A DNA stretch of 64,000 nt, taken from the NCBI GenBank assembly GCA_002633005.1, contig NMRA01000450.1, positions 288,876-352,875 of the forward strand, written 5' to 3'. Positions 1 to 64,000 of the stretch are shown here, one piece after another. Both the position numbers and the translations under genes were made by a program. The DNA is from Phoronis australis (taxonomy: Eukaryota; Animalia; Phoronida). Numbering within the stretch: the first letter of the stretch is position 1; every line of letters begins with the position of its first letter. The notes under the pieces are model-generated. The model had not been told where the DNA came from and made no database searches. It was given only the letters and a program-made list of their open reading frames with translations.

Positions 1-135
1 GTGAAAAGCTATCGTGCTCAAATTACTAGTCACAAAGTCTGTATCATTAACAAAGAATGTAACAATCAAGACTCGTATTCCTGTTGTTAACCTCAGTGTT
101 GCTCAGTCTAAATTTTGTGAATTACGTTTTCTTAG

Positions 136-64000
<63,865 letters not shown>

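Overview
Eukaryotic genomic DNA from a bilaterian invertebrate (probably a lophotrochozoan; not identifiable further from this window). The whole window is the middle of one multi-exon + strand gene, cubilin (CUBN). It runs from the end of EGF5 through EGF8 and CUB1 to the start of CUB22, over about 45 GT-AG exon positions whose splice phases chain into one open frame. The 5' and 3' ends lie outside the window. Main result: three tandemly duplicated, diverged, intact exon pairs whose phases forbid co-inclusion, i.e. candidate mutually exclusive exons. They are CUB3 N-half (9423-9616 vs 10446-10663), CUB8 N-half (20240-20424 vs 23058-23239) and CUB12 C-part (36742-36941/39142-39341 vs 39843-40051). 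They could give up to 8 isoforms differing in Ca2+/ligand-binding loops, and a decayed fourth duplicate lies at CUB22 (~62642-62750). A near-identical 2.4-2.9 kb duplication around an N at 37079 looks like two haplotypes and reveals a polymorphic 501-bp MITE with a 6-bp TSD. Introns hold a Helentron/HINE-like repeat family with co-oriented CTCF-consensus arrays at ~150-bp spacing, Harbinger-, Kolobok- and hAT-like MITEs, a palindromic tRNA-derived element, Penelope (GIY-YIG plus hammerhead) and LINE fragments, and several minisatellites. All coordinates were read by eye. Exon boundaries are predictions without transcript data.
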